From the NCBI GenBank assembly GCA_951406725.2, contig OX597822.1:1612001-1676000 (forward strand): DNA of 64,000 bases, given 5' to 3'. Both the position numbers and the translations under genes were made by a program. Under the pieces are notes generated by a model. The model was not told the origin of the DNA. It did no database searches and saw nothing but the letters and a program-made list of their open reading frames with translations. Below are positions 39,681 through 54,097 of the stretch, piece after piece. Positions within the stretch are counted from its first letter, which is position 1; each line of letters starts with the position of its first letter. The DNA comes from Octopus vulgaris. Its lineage: Eukaryota.

Positions 39681-41214
39681 TAAGGTTCCGAAGATTAAAA
39701 TTGCATTTGATAATGAAATTGAGTTCATTCCCAGAATTCAACAAATGGAGTCTTGAATCCAAAACTTCACCGGTACACAAGCACCACGCTCTAGGCCACC
39801 TACAATTTGACATTGAAAATTTGATCACTGACCATAGTATCCTTGTAAGCTTATGGAAACATAGTAACTTTGGTGTCTCCCCCTTTCAATCTCCAGACAC
39901 GTTGGAGTAGAGAAATGGCGTTTGATTTCTTCGGTTACCTGCAGAATAAGTATGTTGTGTACTTACTCTTAAAATTCCATATCATGAAGTCTAATTTCGT
40001 TTTCTGTATCCGTGGCCTTCACTTTAGAAATTTATGCCAATTCCTTGTAAGGCTTTGCGTCATATGTGCAGAAGGTAATGCTAGAACTACTGTATTCAGG
40101 TTGATGATATGATAAAAAAATATTCCTGTACGTTATGCTGTGGATTCTACAATTCAGATTCTTCTGCTTGCTAGTAAATCTGTAGCTAACATTCAAAGAG
40201 TCCTTCAAAAAGCTTTCGTGCAATTTTTGATACATTTGGTAGTGTCCCTAGACAAAGCTTAAATAATGATGGTCATAGTAGTAGTTATGATGCTTTTAGT
40301 AATGGTGGTAGCTGTGGTGTTGTTGCGGTTATTGTCGCCGTTACTGTGGGTGATAGTAATGCTATTGGCCATTGTGAAAGCGTCAGTGTTACTGCTTGTG
40401 GTAAAAAGCGGAGGCGAACTTACAGAGTCGGTAGAGCATTCGATAGAATGCCTAGTAGCATTTGTTCTGACTCGACTCTCAAAGATCAATTCCCACCTTT
40501 ATATTTTCGAAGAAGATAAAGTTCAGGGTGTTGGATAGGTGAAAATGCATGGATGCTGAAGCGAACACGTTGCAGTAATTGCTTCCGGTCTTTGCGTTCT
40601 GAAATCTGTTTTGTCGCACGTCGGATACCTCTACTACTCAACTTCTACTCTGATCTCCGACTGCTACTCTACTCAGCTGTGCTCTGTTCTAGTCTCACGA
40701 CCTCTAGACTTCTCCCTCTATATCTGCGTATTGGGCTAGCCTATTTCATCGTCAGGGGGGTCCACACAACAAAATCATAACTTGACCAGGCGACAGAATT
40801 AATCCATCGCCCTTTGAACACCACTTCTTTGCTTTGGGCGATTTTCCAGAAGCCGTTTCTGTTACAAGCATTCACTTGTCCCACTTGTCCCGGAAGTCCT
40901 GCACAAGAGGTTATGACCGCTACCTTATCTTGCCACTATAAAATAAAATAAATGATTATGGGTTCTGTCCCTGTTTTGACTAAGAATACAGCACTAACGG
41001 CACTAGTATTATTATTTCCACCACCATTAAAAATTAACAACCCAAACTACGGCTAATCTGTTATCCTTTGCAACAAACATTATTCCATACACAGCCCAAC
41101 CAATATAATCATTATCAAAATGACTGTCGTGATAGAAACAACGACAACAGCAATAAGTAACAGCATAAAAAATATTGATTACAATAACCTATAATGAGTC
41201 AAATAAAATAAGCT

Positions 41215-41583
41215 GAACAGCAGCAGCAGCAGCAACAACAACAACAACAACAGCAGCAACAAGAGTGACAATAACAAGAATAAGATAGAGAAAGAAGTAC
41301 GATGGTGAAGACGATGATGATGATGATGATGATGATGATGATAATCGTGGTGGTGGTGGTGTGAGGATGATGAAGACAATGAGAAGGAGGAGGACGACGG
41401 TGTCGACCACGAGCGTGACGATAATGTAAAAAAAAAGACGACGATGACGACGACGACGACGACGACAATGGCGATGATGGTGACGATAATGATGACGATG
41501 GTCATGATGATAATGATGATGACGACGATGAGGATTTCTTAAGATTGTCTGCATTTTTTAATACATTATCATCATCTTGGTCG

Positions 41584-41621
<38 letters not shown>

Positions 41622-41750
41622 GTCGTCATCATATCATCATCATCATCATCGTCATCATCATCGTCGTCATCATCATTATCATCATCATCGTCATCATCAT
41701 CGTCGTCATCATCATCACCATCATCAAGAACGATGACGACGCCGATGACA
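41215..41750. repeat. Compound CAG/CAA/GAT/GAC/CAT triplet microsatellites
   Basis: Directly visible; the (GAT)-rich and (CAT)-rich blocks are complementary. Confidence 0.9.
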
Positions 41751-42189
41751 TTAGGAGCAGCTGTTACAATGGTAATAGGTTATGAGAATATTTTTGGTAA
41801 GTTTTGATAAGACAATCGAATTAGTTTCTCATCAAATCATACGATAGTGTGAACCGCCTCAAGATAAATCTCTGGATTCAACTGACTATAAGCTTATCAA
41901 CTCAACTTATTATATGATTAAATCTATTTAAATTTAATTGCACATTATTGATTTTTGCCTGCCATACGTAATAACTAATGCCTTCTCTACTTCAGACACC
42001 GACTCGCAAATTACTGCTCACAATTGCCTCTTGTTTATTCTCTTTGTCGAGATGATGTAACATAGCAACGTCGTACCTACAGCACTTAAAGCATGTGACA
42101 GTGATATGGTGGTAGTGGCGGTGGTGGTGGGGGAACCCAACAGGAAAGCAGTTTTGTGATTTGTCTTTGCCTCTCTCTTCGTGCTTTAC

Positions 42190-42780
42190 TCTTTAATTCT
42201 ATACTCTGCCCTAAGAGATCGCTGAAATATGTTTGATACCCGTGTGCTATCAAGTTCTTCTATTATGCGAGAGAAAAAATATCTTATGAGCTCACCTTTA
42301 TCGCATATGTCTCGTATAGCAACGAAGCTCTCTGTGATTGTATTTTTTTCTCTCTTCTTCAAATTCCAAGTCACTCTTTCACATTTCTATTATAAAGCCT
42401 GAATATCATCACTTCCATTACATACGATTATGAGAGAGAAAATATGAGAAACTCACTTTCATTACCTTCTGATGTTTGGCAACAAAGCTTCCAGTTCCAA
42501 ATTTCTCTTTTTCATTTCTCTAATGAAATCTATGTATTATCATTTTCTTCTAAAATTTGAAGGGAAATCTCAGCAACTTACTTGCATTACCATACGATGC
42601 TTAACCACAATGTTTCGCAGTTCCTTCTAGGCTCCGAGTTTTCCTCTCATGGATATTTTTCTTTTGATATATAAGATAACATTTCAAAAGCGAATCTTTA
42701 TTATCATGTGATATTTAGCAAGACTGATTCCTGTTTATTTTTTGGCTCCCAGGCTCTTTTTGTCTTTTTTCTTTACGTAC
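42190..42780 (-). pseudogene. Very old RTE-like reverse transcriptase relic
   Basis: Weak motifs in the expected order (KKTKEPG, IQAL, TESFVAIRDICDKGELIRYFFSRIIEEL) resemble RT domains 0-4. Confidence 0.35.
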
Positions 42781-44240
42781 ACGGTATCTGACACGCACTC
42801 CTAACTCATCAAACTATCTCTTGTCCGACATCATGGACACACACGCAAGTGTGTGTTTGTGTGTGTGTGTGTAAGCGCAACTTTATCTGAAGTATTGTAT
42901 TTGTTGATTTCAATGCATACAGCTTCTCCCATTTTCGAACTCTTTTCGCGCCAACAAAGCCTACTTAGACTCATTTTTATTCTGAATCCTTTGCATCAAA
43001 TAGTATATTTCTCTACCCTTTGTATCTGGTCAATATTCTTATTCTGAGACCATACTTCGACGTTTTATAATCTCTAAACCTACTTTATTTACCTATCGTT
43101 TACTTAAAGCAATACAATTATATATTTTTACTACACAGCAATCTCTGCCTTTGAATTACACAAGCGAATGATATCAACATCCTTGAACATGTTTGTCTAC
43201 ATCCTTGAAACCAATGAGTAGTAATTTGATAACAATGCCAACGAATAATACTGTCTACACAACGTACATATGACCATAGAAAATAAGTTACAATTACATA
43301 CAAGTAGAATGTCTGTAAGGCAAACAGTAGGAAAGAATATTCCTTGCACAACTCAGCGTACAATCGCTCTCGACTTTCCATTGGCAAAAATACTATTTAC
43401 TGATTATAAAGAATATTTCAGCTCATTAATCATCCAGAGAGACGGCTCCTGGTGATAAAGCTATTGTGCTTGCTGTTCGTTTTGTTCTTAACTTCTACAC
43501 TGCACACCCAGAAATAGTTCCCCACTCGCAAAACCTCTCTACTACACCTGTTCCCCGCACAATTTGAAAATGCGAGAAATTGCCTCTTCAACATCAAATG
43601 CAATACTATTTGGTTGTGCCTATTTTCATTATCCTAACCCGTTGCACTCAGGAGCTATTGGTTTTCCTCACCAAACTTCTCAACTATTATTACAACAAAG
43701 TCATGGAACATACGACTGTATACACCGTCCGAAGAACGGCAACCCACATCGCTATGGCAACTACAGTGTTATCAAAATATCCAAGGATGAAGAAAGTCTT
43801 AAACTGGTACACTCCTCATCTTTGAAACTCTTTCCATTAAAGTTTATGTTGAGTAGGATCTACTGGCGACAGCTACAAACGTCACATACTCTAATGCCAA
43901 TTTAACAGTTACTAATAAGCCTCAGAACAAATAAACCGTATTATACCTTAAGCCAGATCCTCTTACTTATACTACATATATTTGTTTCTCTTGTTCTCGT
44001 CCCTTTTAATGCGCCCTTGAAATCCTTTCATATATGCCCGCAAGATTTTCCTCAATCCTTCTTCTTGAAATGCTACTACTCTCTGGACCTTACTCATTCC
44101 TCTTTCCAACGATTCTTCTCAGATGTGATAACCAACGCAAGTTAGATTTACACAATGATAGCTATTCTCATTAACTATGGCGAACGTATAAATCGCACAG
44201 AAGCTAATCCTCCTACATCTCATGCGCGTCCCCCTCTGAC

Positions 44241-44242
44241 TA

Positions 44243-44308
<66 letters not shown>

Positions 44309-44312
44309 AATA

Positions 44313-44343
<31 letters not shown>

Positions 44344-44404
44344 TGATAATGATGATAATAATAATAATAATAATAATAGTAATAATAATAATAATAATAA
44401 TAAT
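44241..44404. repeat. (TAA)n microsatellite, probable target of the adjacent LINE
   Basis: Directly visible and abuts the 5'-truncated LINE. Confidence 0.95.
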
Positions 44405-46210
44405 GCAGTGCTGTGCTTGAAAAACATCGAAAAAGGTAATACGGTAGACAATTACAGGCCGATATACTGTTTGCCACTTATGTCGAAATTATTGACTGGA
44501 ATACTCGCAGAATCAATGAACAAGCATCTGGAAAAAATTCAGTCCTGTCACATGAGTAGAAGGTTTGCAAGCGTAAGTGCAGAGGTACCAAGTATCACCT
44601 CCTGATAGACAAAACTACACTCAGAGACTGCAAGAGGAGGAAAAGTAACTTAGCCATGTCAAGGATCGACTATCGTAAGGCGTACGATATCATCCCATAT
44701 TCTTGGATTATGGAATGTATGAACCTATTTGGTATTGCATCGAATGTTGAGCAATTGCTTGGAAAAAATATGGCGATTTGGAGGACGGACCTGACAGCAT
44801 ACAGAAGTAGTTTAGGGACACTAGAAATCAGGAGGGGCATCTTTCAAGGGGACTGCCTGTCCCCACTGATCTTTTTACTGTGCTTGATACCACTAACACA
44901 TATTCTGAGTAAAGCAAAAGCTGGGTATGTATTCAAAAGGGGGAAGTTATGAAGCAGATAGAAGAGACGGGCTATAAGCACTTGGGGATTTTGGAAATGG
45001 ATAAAGTGATGGAGACAGAAATGACAGAAAAATTTAAGGTGGAGTACTTGTGCAGACTGAGACTGATCCTTAAGTCGAAATTAAACTGACGGAATAAGAT
45101 CAAAACTATCAATACCTGGGCAGTTTCACTCCTTAGATATGGAGCAGGGGTAATCGCATGGACAGTAGACGAACTAAACAGCTTAGACAAAGCGACAAGG
45201 AAGTTGCTAACTAGATATGGTACACTCTACCCAAAATGTGACAAGGCAGACTGTATGTACCAAGAAAGAAGAGGACTTATTGGATGCGAACACAGCATTA
45301 GAGGAGAAGAAAAAAAACATAGCATGGTTTGTAAAAAATGCTACAGAACCACTGTTATTAGAAGGAAGAAGGTCAGGTTTGTGTAGGATGAAAGATTGCA
45401 AAAATAAAGCACTGTATAAGCAATGGAAAACGGATGAAACTGAAAATAGGTGGGAAAAGAAAACAATGCATGGACAGTTTCATAGGGATGTTGAAGATAA
45501 GACAGAGAGAGAAAAAGATGGCTGCGGATGACTAAGCGTGACTTAAAATCGGAAACGGAGACTCTAATCTGTGCTGTCCAAGAGCAAGCGCTTAGGACAA
45601 ACTACATAAAATAGAGAATAGACAACACACCAGAAAGTGATAAGTGCAGAATTTGTGGGCAAAATGGTGAAATCGTATGGCATATTACCAGCCAAGGTAC
45701 GCCACTAGCCCAGAAGGAATATAAGAGACGCCAAGACAATGTAGTAAGGCTTATCCATTGGACACTCTGCAACAAGTAAGGACTGGACAGAGCAAAAAAT
45801 TGGTACGACCACAAACCTGAAGACATTATCGAAAAAGATAATGCAAAGATCTTGTGGGATTTTATGATTCAGTGCGACCATGAGATAGAGAATAGGAAGC
45901 TAGACATAATATTGAGAAAGAAAGCAAACGATGCTGGATCATAGATATAGCATGCGCAGCTGGCAACAAGGTATGCGATAAGGAAAAAAGAAAAGTCGAT
46001 AGATATAACAGGTTAGGTTGGGATGTTAAGCAGTTGCGGTCGATTAAAAAGATAGCAGTAATACCAATAATTGTCGGAGCCCTGGGAACAGTGAATAAAA
46101 ATCTTGAGAAATACATGGAACAAATAGGGGCTGAAATAAGGGTGGAGAACTTTCAAAAAACAGGACTGCTTGGAACCGCTCGAATACTCCGGAAGGTGCT
46201 CGAAAAATAA
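44405..46210 (+). pseudogene. Dong/R4-clade non-LTR retrotransposon (RT + CCHC + REL endonuclease), 5'-truncated and decayed
   Basis: [105 protein letters not shown] and QKTGLLGTARILRKVL*. The YxDD region is deleted near 44945. Confidence 0.93.
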
Positions 46211-46215
46211 GGTGT

Positions 46216-46443
46216 CTTCTTCTTCTTTTTCTTCTTCTATTTCTTCTTCTTCTTCTTCTTCTTCTTCTTCTTCTTCTTCTTCTTCTTCTTCTTCTTCTTC
46301 TTCTTCTTCTTCTTCTTCTTCTTCTTCTTCTTCTTCTTCTTCTTCTTCTTCTTCTTCTTCTTCTTCTTCTTCTTCTTCTTCTTCTTCTTCTTCTTCTTCT
46401 TCTTCTTCTTCTTCTTCTTCTTCTTCTTCTTCTTCTTCTTCTT
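46216..46443. repeat. (TTC)n microsatellite
   Basis: Directly visible. Confidence 0.97.
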
Positions 46444-46495
46444 GCCGCTTGTATTTGAATACTATTTTCCAAAATCTAATTATTATCCATACTCA

Positions 46496-46531
46496 CAGTT
46501 GAAAAAGTCTCAATGACTGAAACCGGTACTG
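46496..46531 (+). ncRNA. Minimal hammerhead-like motif with U3-A8 core (family G)
   Basis: CAG-TTGAAAA-AGTC(TCAAT)GACT-GAAA-CCGG-TA-CTG, with palindromic stem III ACCGGT and a GUA site. Confidence 0.55.
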
Positions 46532-47257
46532 AAATGTTTTTTTTATACAATTAATTTAGCATTTTATACCCGGACTTCTTTTTCCATATATATATATCTA
46601 TGTTATCCTTAACCATTACAAGAATATAGGACCATAACATGAAGTAAGTGATCAGTTTTGAATCGGTGTAAATACGACGCCATTTTCTGTTTAAACAGTT
46701 TCATTTAAATACGTAAAAATATTCTCTAATTTTGTCAACTGATAATGTTTCATGACACTTCTTTCTTTATATTTTCAGTTGGCGGTAACTATGGTAACCA
46801 GTCATTGCATACGCTGTCACATGATGGTATATTGTTTGTTAGCAAACTGATTTTATTTCGTTTCATCTTTACTAAAATAGTCACGTACTGTCGACACTCG
46901 TAAAATATCCAAATTGATCACCTGTGAAGTACTATATTTACTTAACTACATCATTTTTTTTTGTTTTGAAATATATCTCAGTATTCCTGCAAAGCGACAA
47001 AATGCTTACAAAGACGAGCCAAATCGGGAACCTTTAAGTTGTCCCTCGATAATTTAGAAAAGGTAATTATATTTAGCTCAAAGTAAAGGCGACATTAGTT
47101 AAAGACAGTCTGAGATAAATATTCACAGCTGGAACGAATTTTATTATAAATCTACATCGTTAAATATACTTTGGGTTGGATAAATAAGAAAAACGAAAAC
47201 AACACCAAGGATGATGTTGTTGTTGATGATGATTATGATGATGATGATGACGACGAT

Positions 47258-47516
47258 AATAAATGCCCTGATGCTGTACCAGGCAGTGGTTCTCGTGGCT
47301 TTTGATCTTAACTGATTGGATGTTTTATCATGTATATCATTTTGTCTTGATAAAAAAGATAGGCTACAACAAGTATTCTGCTCAATACCACGGATTACTT
47401 TTCAGTTGTTTGACCTTAACTAGTTGAGTATGAATTTGAACTCAGAACGTAAAGACAGACGAAATACCGCTAAGCTTTTCGCCCGGCGTGCTAACGTTTC
47501 TGCCAGCTCCCCGTCT
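47258..47516 (-). mobile_element. OK-head SINE with a different 3' tail
   Basis: 47433-47516 is an OK-type head; 47258-47432 is a distinct tail ending at a (GAT)n tract. Confidence 0.65.
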
Positions 47517-47521
47517 TATAT

Positions 47522-47666
<145 letters not shown>

Positions 47667-47764
47667 TTGTAATGGTTAAGGATATATATATATATATATA
47701 TATTCTTGTAATGGTTAAGGATAATATATATATATATATAGTCCGGGTATAAAATGCTAAATTA

Positions 47765-47828
<64 letters not shown>

Positions 47829-47878
47829 TTGGTGAATTGAAGAAATGGAGCTGAACGCAGATTGAACAGAAATCGTTT

Positions 47879-47972
47879 TATTTCATTCTACACGTGTTTC
47901 GAAAGGCACAATTTACCAAAATCCGATTGAATAATGGGACCATATTGTGTCTTTCTCTTCAGGAAGAAAATA
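47879..47972 (-). ncRNA. Type I hammerhead ribozyme-like motif (family H)
   Basis: TATTTTCTTC-CTGAAGA-GAAAGACACAAT..ATTGTGCCTTTC-GAAA-CACGTG-TA-GAATGAAATA; stem III ACACGTGT is a perfect palindrome. Confidence 0.78.
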
Positions 47973-48513
47973 GGAAATCCGTTGGAAACAAAAACAGAAC
48001 AGAGGCGGAGCAAAAACAATTACTCCTGTAAGATAAACGGGGCTTGGTTTTTTCACAACGGGGGGTTTCCTTGACAAGGCAGGCTTAGATGAACACACAC
48101 ACACATAAAACATAATATATATTTTTTTTTTTCTGCCACCCAACGGTTCTCACTGCAGTAGCCACTGACAGCCGAACGTTCAAACGCACACACGTACACA
48201 AAAAATGTTTTCTACCCCTACGCCAACACACACATATATAGAACAGTATACACACACACACGTCTCTAAGTAGATTTTTTCTCGCCCCTTATAAAACATC
48301 CAATATTCCTTAAATAGTCAGAACTTTATTCTCGGTCACAAAGAACATCTATACACCCTCACCCACATGATTGACCGATGCCTGACCCGTTAAATTCTTC
48401 AGCCACCGGTTCTCAACATACACTGATAAACAGTTTCGCCATGGGCTCTTAGGAGCCTAGTTCGATTTGTTTTTGCTCCGCCTCTGTTCTGTTTTTGTTT
48501 CCAACGGATTTCC

Positions 48514-48607
48514 TATTTTCTTCCTGAAGAGAAAGACACAATATGGTCCCATTATTCAATCGTATTTTGGTAAATTGTGCCTTTCGAAACATGTGTAGAA
48601 TGAAATA
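48514..48607 (+). ncRNA. Type I hammerhead ribozyme-like motif (family H)
   Basis: Same as 47879-47972 but with GAAA-CATGTG-TA; predicted cleavage after GUA at 48597. Confidence 0.78.
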
Positions 48608-48810
48608 AAACGATTTCTGTTCAATCTGCGTTCAGCTCCATTTCTTCAATTCACCAATAATATTTTAATTTCAATTATCCGCACCAACGCACGGTTGCAA
48701 CACCATATGGTTGTACCTCCAACCGTGCTGTTTACTGCTGTGATTTTTGCTACTAAGGTATCGGTTAAACTTTTGATTAATCTACTACAAGATTATTCAT
48801 CTTTCTATTT

Positions 48811-48874
<64 letters not shown>

Positions 48875-48958
48875 AATATATATATACATATACATATATA
48901 CCTCTATATATATATATATATACACACACATATATATGTATATATATATATAAATACG

Positions 48959-49016
<58 letters not shown>

Positions 49017-49018
<2 letters not shown>

Positions 49019-49195
49019 TCGCTAGCAACTACACATTCTTTATTTTCTGTCCTTATTTCTTTCTGTGTTCCTTTCTGTGGAAGGTCGTAGGCTCGAAACG
49101 TTAAAGATTTTTTTCAGTTCCCGAGCGTTAAACTAATACATATGTTTGTTGTCTACATCACCTGTCGGTCTTTTGTCTTCTTTTTTTTTGTGAAT
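49017..49195 (+). mobile_element. Family C HHR-like repeat, diverged subfamily
   Basis: CTTT-CTGTGGAA-GGTC(GTAG)GCTC-GAAA-CG-TT-AAAG; body alignable to 9478-9658. Confidence 0.7.
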
Positions 49196-49910
49196 TTGGC
49201 AGACGGAACTTGTAAGAAGCCCGTCGTATATATGTACGTATATATCGTTTATATACAAACGTTTCTGAAAATAGTGGGGAATGACCAGAATGAGGTTTAG
49301 CGACTATGTTAGCTTAAGCACCCAACTAAATTCTCCACTTCTGTTCACCAATGCAATTATTGCTCTTGTTGTTTTTTGTTCGTGTACAGTGTATTGGCTT
49401 TCGTATTAGATTACTTTATTAATATTACGTCCATCATCAATCGCTTATATTATGAGCGAATTCTTAACAGGTTACATGTATTATTTACTAATTCCCATCT
49501 CGTTTTATCTTTTTCTTTCTTTTAATAGTTATTTGTACATCATACGCGGGCAAAACTGTGTGATGGCTGCTAACGTAACATTGAATGTCATCAACTATAT
49601 AACCTTTACGTTCGCAATCTAATATCAATTTTGTACTTGACTCTTATTGCTGATTATCAATATGCTTGAGTATTTGTAGGCAGCATGCAAAAGCACTTTA
49701 AACTGTTTTTCTTTTGTAATGTGTTATCAGTATTTTGTTTATGATTGGTTGCAATGCGTTTTCTGTTGTAGGTTTCGATAATAAACTCATATACCTTTTA
49801 TATGTGGGTTATTTGCTTTTAATATCTACATTGGCTTTTGCGATTATTAATTTGGATTTGTAACTGTATTTTTCTATGGTTTGGTTCATTATTTTCAACA
49901 ACTGTTCATG

Positions 49911-50106
49911 ATTATTCTGTTGTGTCAGGGGAGAGTCATTTTCTCTTTGTGCCCTGTAATGTAACACGCTCACCGGTAAAATTTTATTCCTTATTTTTAT
50001 TTTCCTAAAATTTTCGTTGCGTCTTGCAACCTTTTCAATAGTCTTGACTCGTGTGTTACATTATAAGGCACGAAAAGAAAATGACTCTCACCAGACACAA
50101 AATAAT
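49911..50106. mobile_element. ~55-bp inverted repeats enclosing a minus-strand HHR-like motif (family I, 50005-50041)
   Basis: Arms 49911-49967 and 50053-50106. The inner minus strand reads CTA-TTGAAAA-G-GTTGC(AAGAC)GCAAC-GAAA-AT-TT-TAG, followed by AATAAA. Confidence 0.6.
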
Positions 50107-50574
50107 ATGCTTCAACACACGAACTCATATAAAGAATCTTGCAAGCCAAAGTGACTGTCCTAATGTAAGTTTCCTAGGCTTGTTCACATTTGAATGAACT
50201 CTGAGACAATTCTGAGCAAACAGGTGAAATGTGTTCAGAGAAATGTTGCTCATAATTTATCTGTTTTATAATACATACATAAATATACAATACTGCTGAA
50301 CTTGAGGATATACAGTAACCAGTGAACATGAAATACGCAAAAGAATTCTAGCCTCGCTAAGCTCATATTAATAAAACACTGTGAAAGAAAATTTTGAAAT
50401 CTGAATTACTTCACATTACAAAATTTTAAAATATTTCGAAAGCCTAAAAGGGCATTTGATTTGATAATTTTATATCATATTGTTTCATTAAAATTGTGCC
50501 CGTCGTATTAAAATAATTTCAGCTTTTAAAATAATGATTTTTGTAAATTATTATTTTGTTGTGATATTTTAGAA

Positions 50575-51345
50575 GAAATGATTTGTGTTTGTGCCAGTGG
50601 AGTCCAACAAAGAAGAAGAAATGCAGAATGAAGAGAAAAGTTTAACTGACATTCAGGAATTTTGGAATGAGTAACATCAACCGCAACGAACTATTGTTGT
50701 CTCTGTCATCTATTTTCTTTGCTCCAGAGTTCTGGCATTTCGTGAGAAGTAAACGACTAACTCCTCAAAGCAAATAGATAAATAAATAAAGGCGAACAGT
50801 TTTTGTCATTCGAGCGCAACTCTGTAGGATGGATTTGTACCTGTTTCGGCAGAACATTTAATTTTGTAGGGAAATTCATGAAAGAAATCGATCAGTCACG
50901 TGCATCGGTAAACATTTGTGAAGAATTTATTGAAACAATTAGTCAGCAGGTATTTTGTGCAATTTTGGAAGAAATCAAACAATCAATTTATCATTCAATT
51001 AACGTCGATTCCACTTCAGGTATCTTGCATGTTGATCAATTGACATTTACTGCTACCCGGTACATTTGGGGAAATCAACCAGTGGAACGATTTCTCAGAT
51101 TTATCCCCATCTGTTTTTTTCAGGCAATGAAGAATATAGCAGACACGGTGGCAGTGTTTCTATAAGAAAACAATATTCTAATATCAAATTTCTTTGGCCA
51201 GTTTAGTGACAATTCCTGAAATATGTCAGTACGCTACACCATATTGCAGACAGGAATCTCTGAACGAGAGGAATTTATTTGTGTTCCTTGTAATGGAAAC
51301 ACTGTGAAATTAATGGGATTAAAGACATCAGACTGTATTGCACAT
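50575..51345 (+). pseudogene. hAT transposase relic (ZMYM1/DUF4371-like)
   Basis: ICEEFIETISQQVFCAILEEIKQSIYHSINVDSTS..HVDQLTF..RY..PVERFLRFI, GQFSDNS*NMS (GQSYDNASNMS) and VPCNGNTVKLMG (VPCxAHSLNL). Confidence 0.88.
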
Positions 51346-52979
51346 GAAACAATTATAAATTCATGTTATAGAAAGACTTCTTCACGGCATCCTTCCTAGT
51401 TATAATTGTAAATACACAACGGATATTTTTTAAGTTTCAGTCACGCTTGATAAAACAAACAGTTACCGGAATACTATCTTGTCTGACAGCCTGAAACTGT
51501 GGATTAACTTATTAGAGCGAATTTCAGGGTTAATACCTGAAATAGCTTGTGTGTGTGTGTGTGTGTGTGTATACACACATTCATACACACACAGATACAT
51601 ACGTACATACACATACATAAATATAATACATAAATATACACACATGCACACACAAACACATATACAAACACACATATTTGCATACACACAGTCTGGGCAA
51701 AGTTCTGAACTCTTGTGGGAGAGTAAAGTATGTCGAACAAGTTTATATTTCAAAACAGATTGGGTTGTCATCCTGAACCTTTGGAAGTGCGCTTTTATCA
51801 TTGATTAATTTTAATAGTTATACAATACATTCGTTTCTGTTTATAACTGTAACTATGTCACTTTGCCTTTCTCCTTTTTGGGCTCGGTAAATATGTAGCA
51901 ACTAAGGAGTGTGAACGGGTAGAAGTGCAATAAGGTCACGCTCGATGCTTTTTTTGCATCTCTTTTCATTCGCTACAATTTGTCTTCACATCCCATCGTG
52001 GCCCATGTTGATGGTAGATTTAATCATCAGCTGGTTTAAACCGATCACCATTGCAACTTGAGTTTCTGTAGCAGAATCTACTCCATTGTAATATTCAGGT
52101 GAGGTCTCCGATTTAAAGATACCTTTCTCCCTCAATCCTACTAGCTTCCGAAGACTCATGGAGTACCATAAGCTAAAATCGTCATTCTTGACAAATAGAC
52201 GATAAAAAGAAAAACGGAATTACTTTCGTCTTATTTACGTAACAATAGTGTTCAAAACAGATATCAATTGTTCAGTTAAATGTAGAACACATAACTAACA
52301 GCTGCCATTAAGTAAAAAAATGCACAATTGAAGTTTTGAGAGAGAATTAGCTGTTTCGGTACGTGAGGTTAAAGGAATATAGTTAAAATTAGATGTTAAA
52401 AAGCGGGTTTGAGTCAGTTTGAAAAGTAGGTGTTGTCAGTAATAAAACAAATATCGAACACCTCAAATGTCGGAAATGAAGGATGCAGGTTATTATTGAA
52501 TAATATGACGTAGCAGGAGATTATTACTGACTGAAGAGTGGGACAGCTTCAGTTCTGTGGTCGATGGAGAGGTCATATAGATATAGAGTAAGCAGAGTTA
52601 ACGGAATTTTAACTTGCGCCTCACAATGGTCCACTAGGGTATTGGATTAACTCAGGTCCATAATATTCGCCATCGCGAAAAACTTCTATGACGGTGATGC
52701 GATATAAATAACTATTACTATAAAATCACCCGTGCACAAGCACACTGTGATATATACACACGCTCACACATATAAAAATATTGTGTGTCTGTATTTACCT
52801 GTATAAATATGTATATATATATATATGTACGTATATGCATCTATTTATATATATGCATTTATGTATATATTTATATATATATGCATATATGTATATGTTC
52901 ATATACATATATATTTATCAATACATATAAATATATGTATGTACACACGCGGGCGGGCGCGTCACACCCACACATATAT

Positions 52980-53011
<32 letters not shown>

Positions 53012-53613
53012 GTATATATGTATTCCTATATACATACATGCATGCACGTATACATACATACATGCATGCACGTATACATACAAACATGCATACACAAGGA
53101 TATATATGTTCAAATATATTAGTGTCTTAATGTATAGATATGATTTTGTTGGAGAATGTTTTGCGTGTGTGTGAGTGTGCGTGTGTGTGTGTGTGTGTGT
53201 GTGAGTGAGTGTGTGTGTGTGTCGTTTTTCTCCTTAGTGAAACAGAAGCATATTAATACACATAGATATAGAGTGAAACAAGTTGATACATAGAAAATAT
53301 GTAAAATATAATGTTGTTAAGGTATCCATGAAGCTATCGTAACTGAATCAACGAAATACTGACGACTTACTATGAAAGCGAATATTACTTTGATAAATAG
53401 CAAAAATAACAAGAAAATACAAGAATAAAAAATATAAGTCATACGTTAAAAGGAAGCAATATTATTAATGCAAGATCCAGGAAATTAATACGAGGAGTTC
53501 GCATTTTTCATTTACTCATTACAATAGAAGTTGCAAAAAAGGGAGCAGAGAAACGAAGATTCTACAGAAGGCATCTAATATAACGCTGAAGACACTCGAT
53601 CACACGCACGCAC

Positions 53614-53651
<38 letters not shown>

Positions 53652-53734
53652 AAACACACACACACACGTAAACACACACACACGTAAACACACACACACA
53701 TAAACACACACACACACACAACACACGCATGTAC

Positions 53735-53767
<33 letters not shown>

Positions 53768-54055
53768 CGCTGATGCATAATTGCAAATATAGGTATTCGT
53801 GTACGCTCATAGAGACACGCATGTATGTAGCTCCTATTCATATCCACCCCAATACACTCCAGCAGATACAACTATAAGTATAATGCATACATACATACAT
53901 ACATCATACATATATATATATGTGTGTGTGTGTGTGCGTGTAAGTGTGCGTGTATAGGTATATATATAGATACATATGCTTATTTATATAATATATAATA
54001 TATAGTATAATACACACATATACATACATACATATATATATATACATACATACAT

Positions 54056-54097
<42 letters not shown>

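Larger units (their letters stand above)
47822..48664. mobile_element. Penelope-like element remnant with 198-bp inverted pseudo-LTRs
   Basis: 47822-48019 is the reverse complement of 48467-48664, with two mismatches seen. Each arm holds an HHR followed by AATAAA. Flanked by (TA)n. Confidence 0.8.

Noticed and set aside
39690-40255. Possible minus-strand RT relic or exon
   Set aside because: Stops in all frames and no unambiguous motif.
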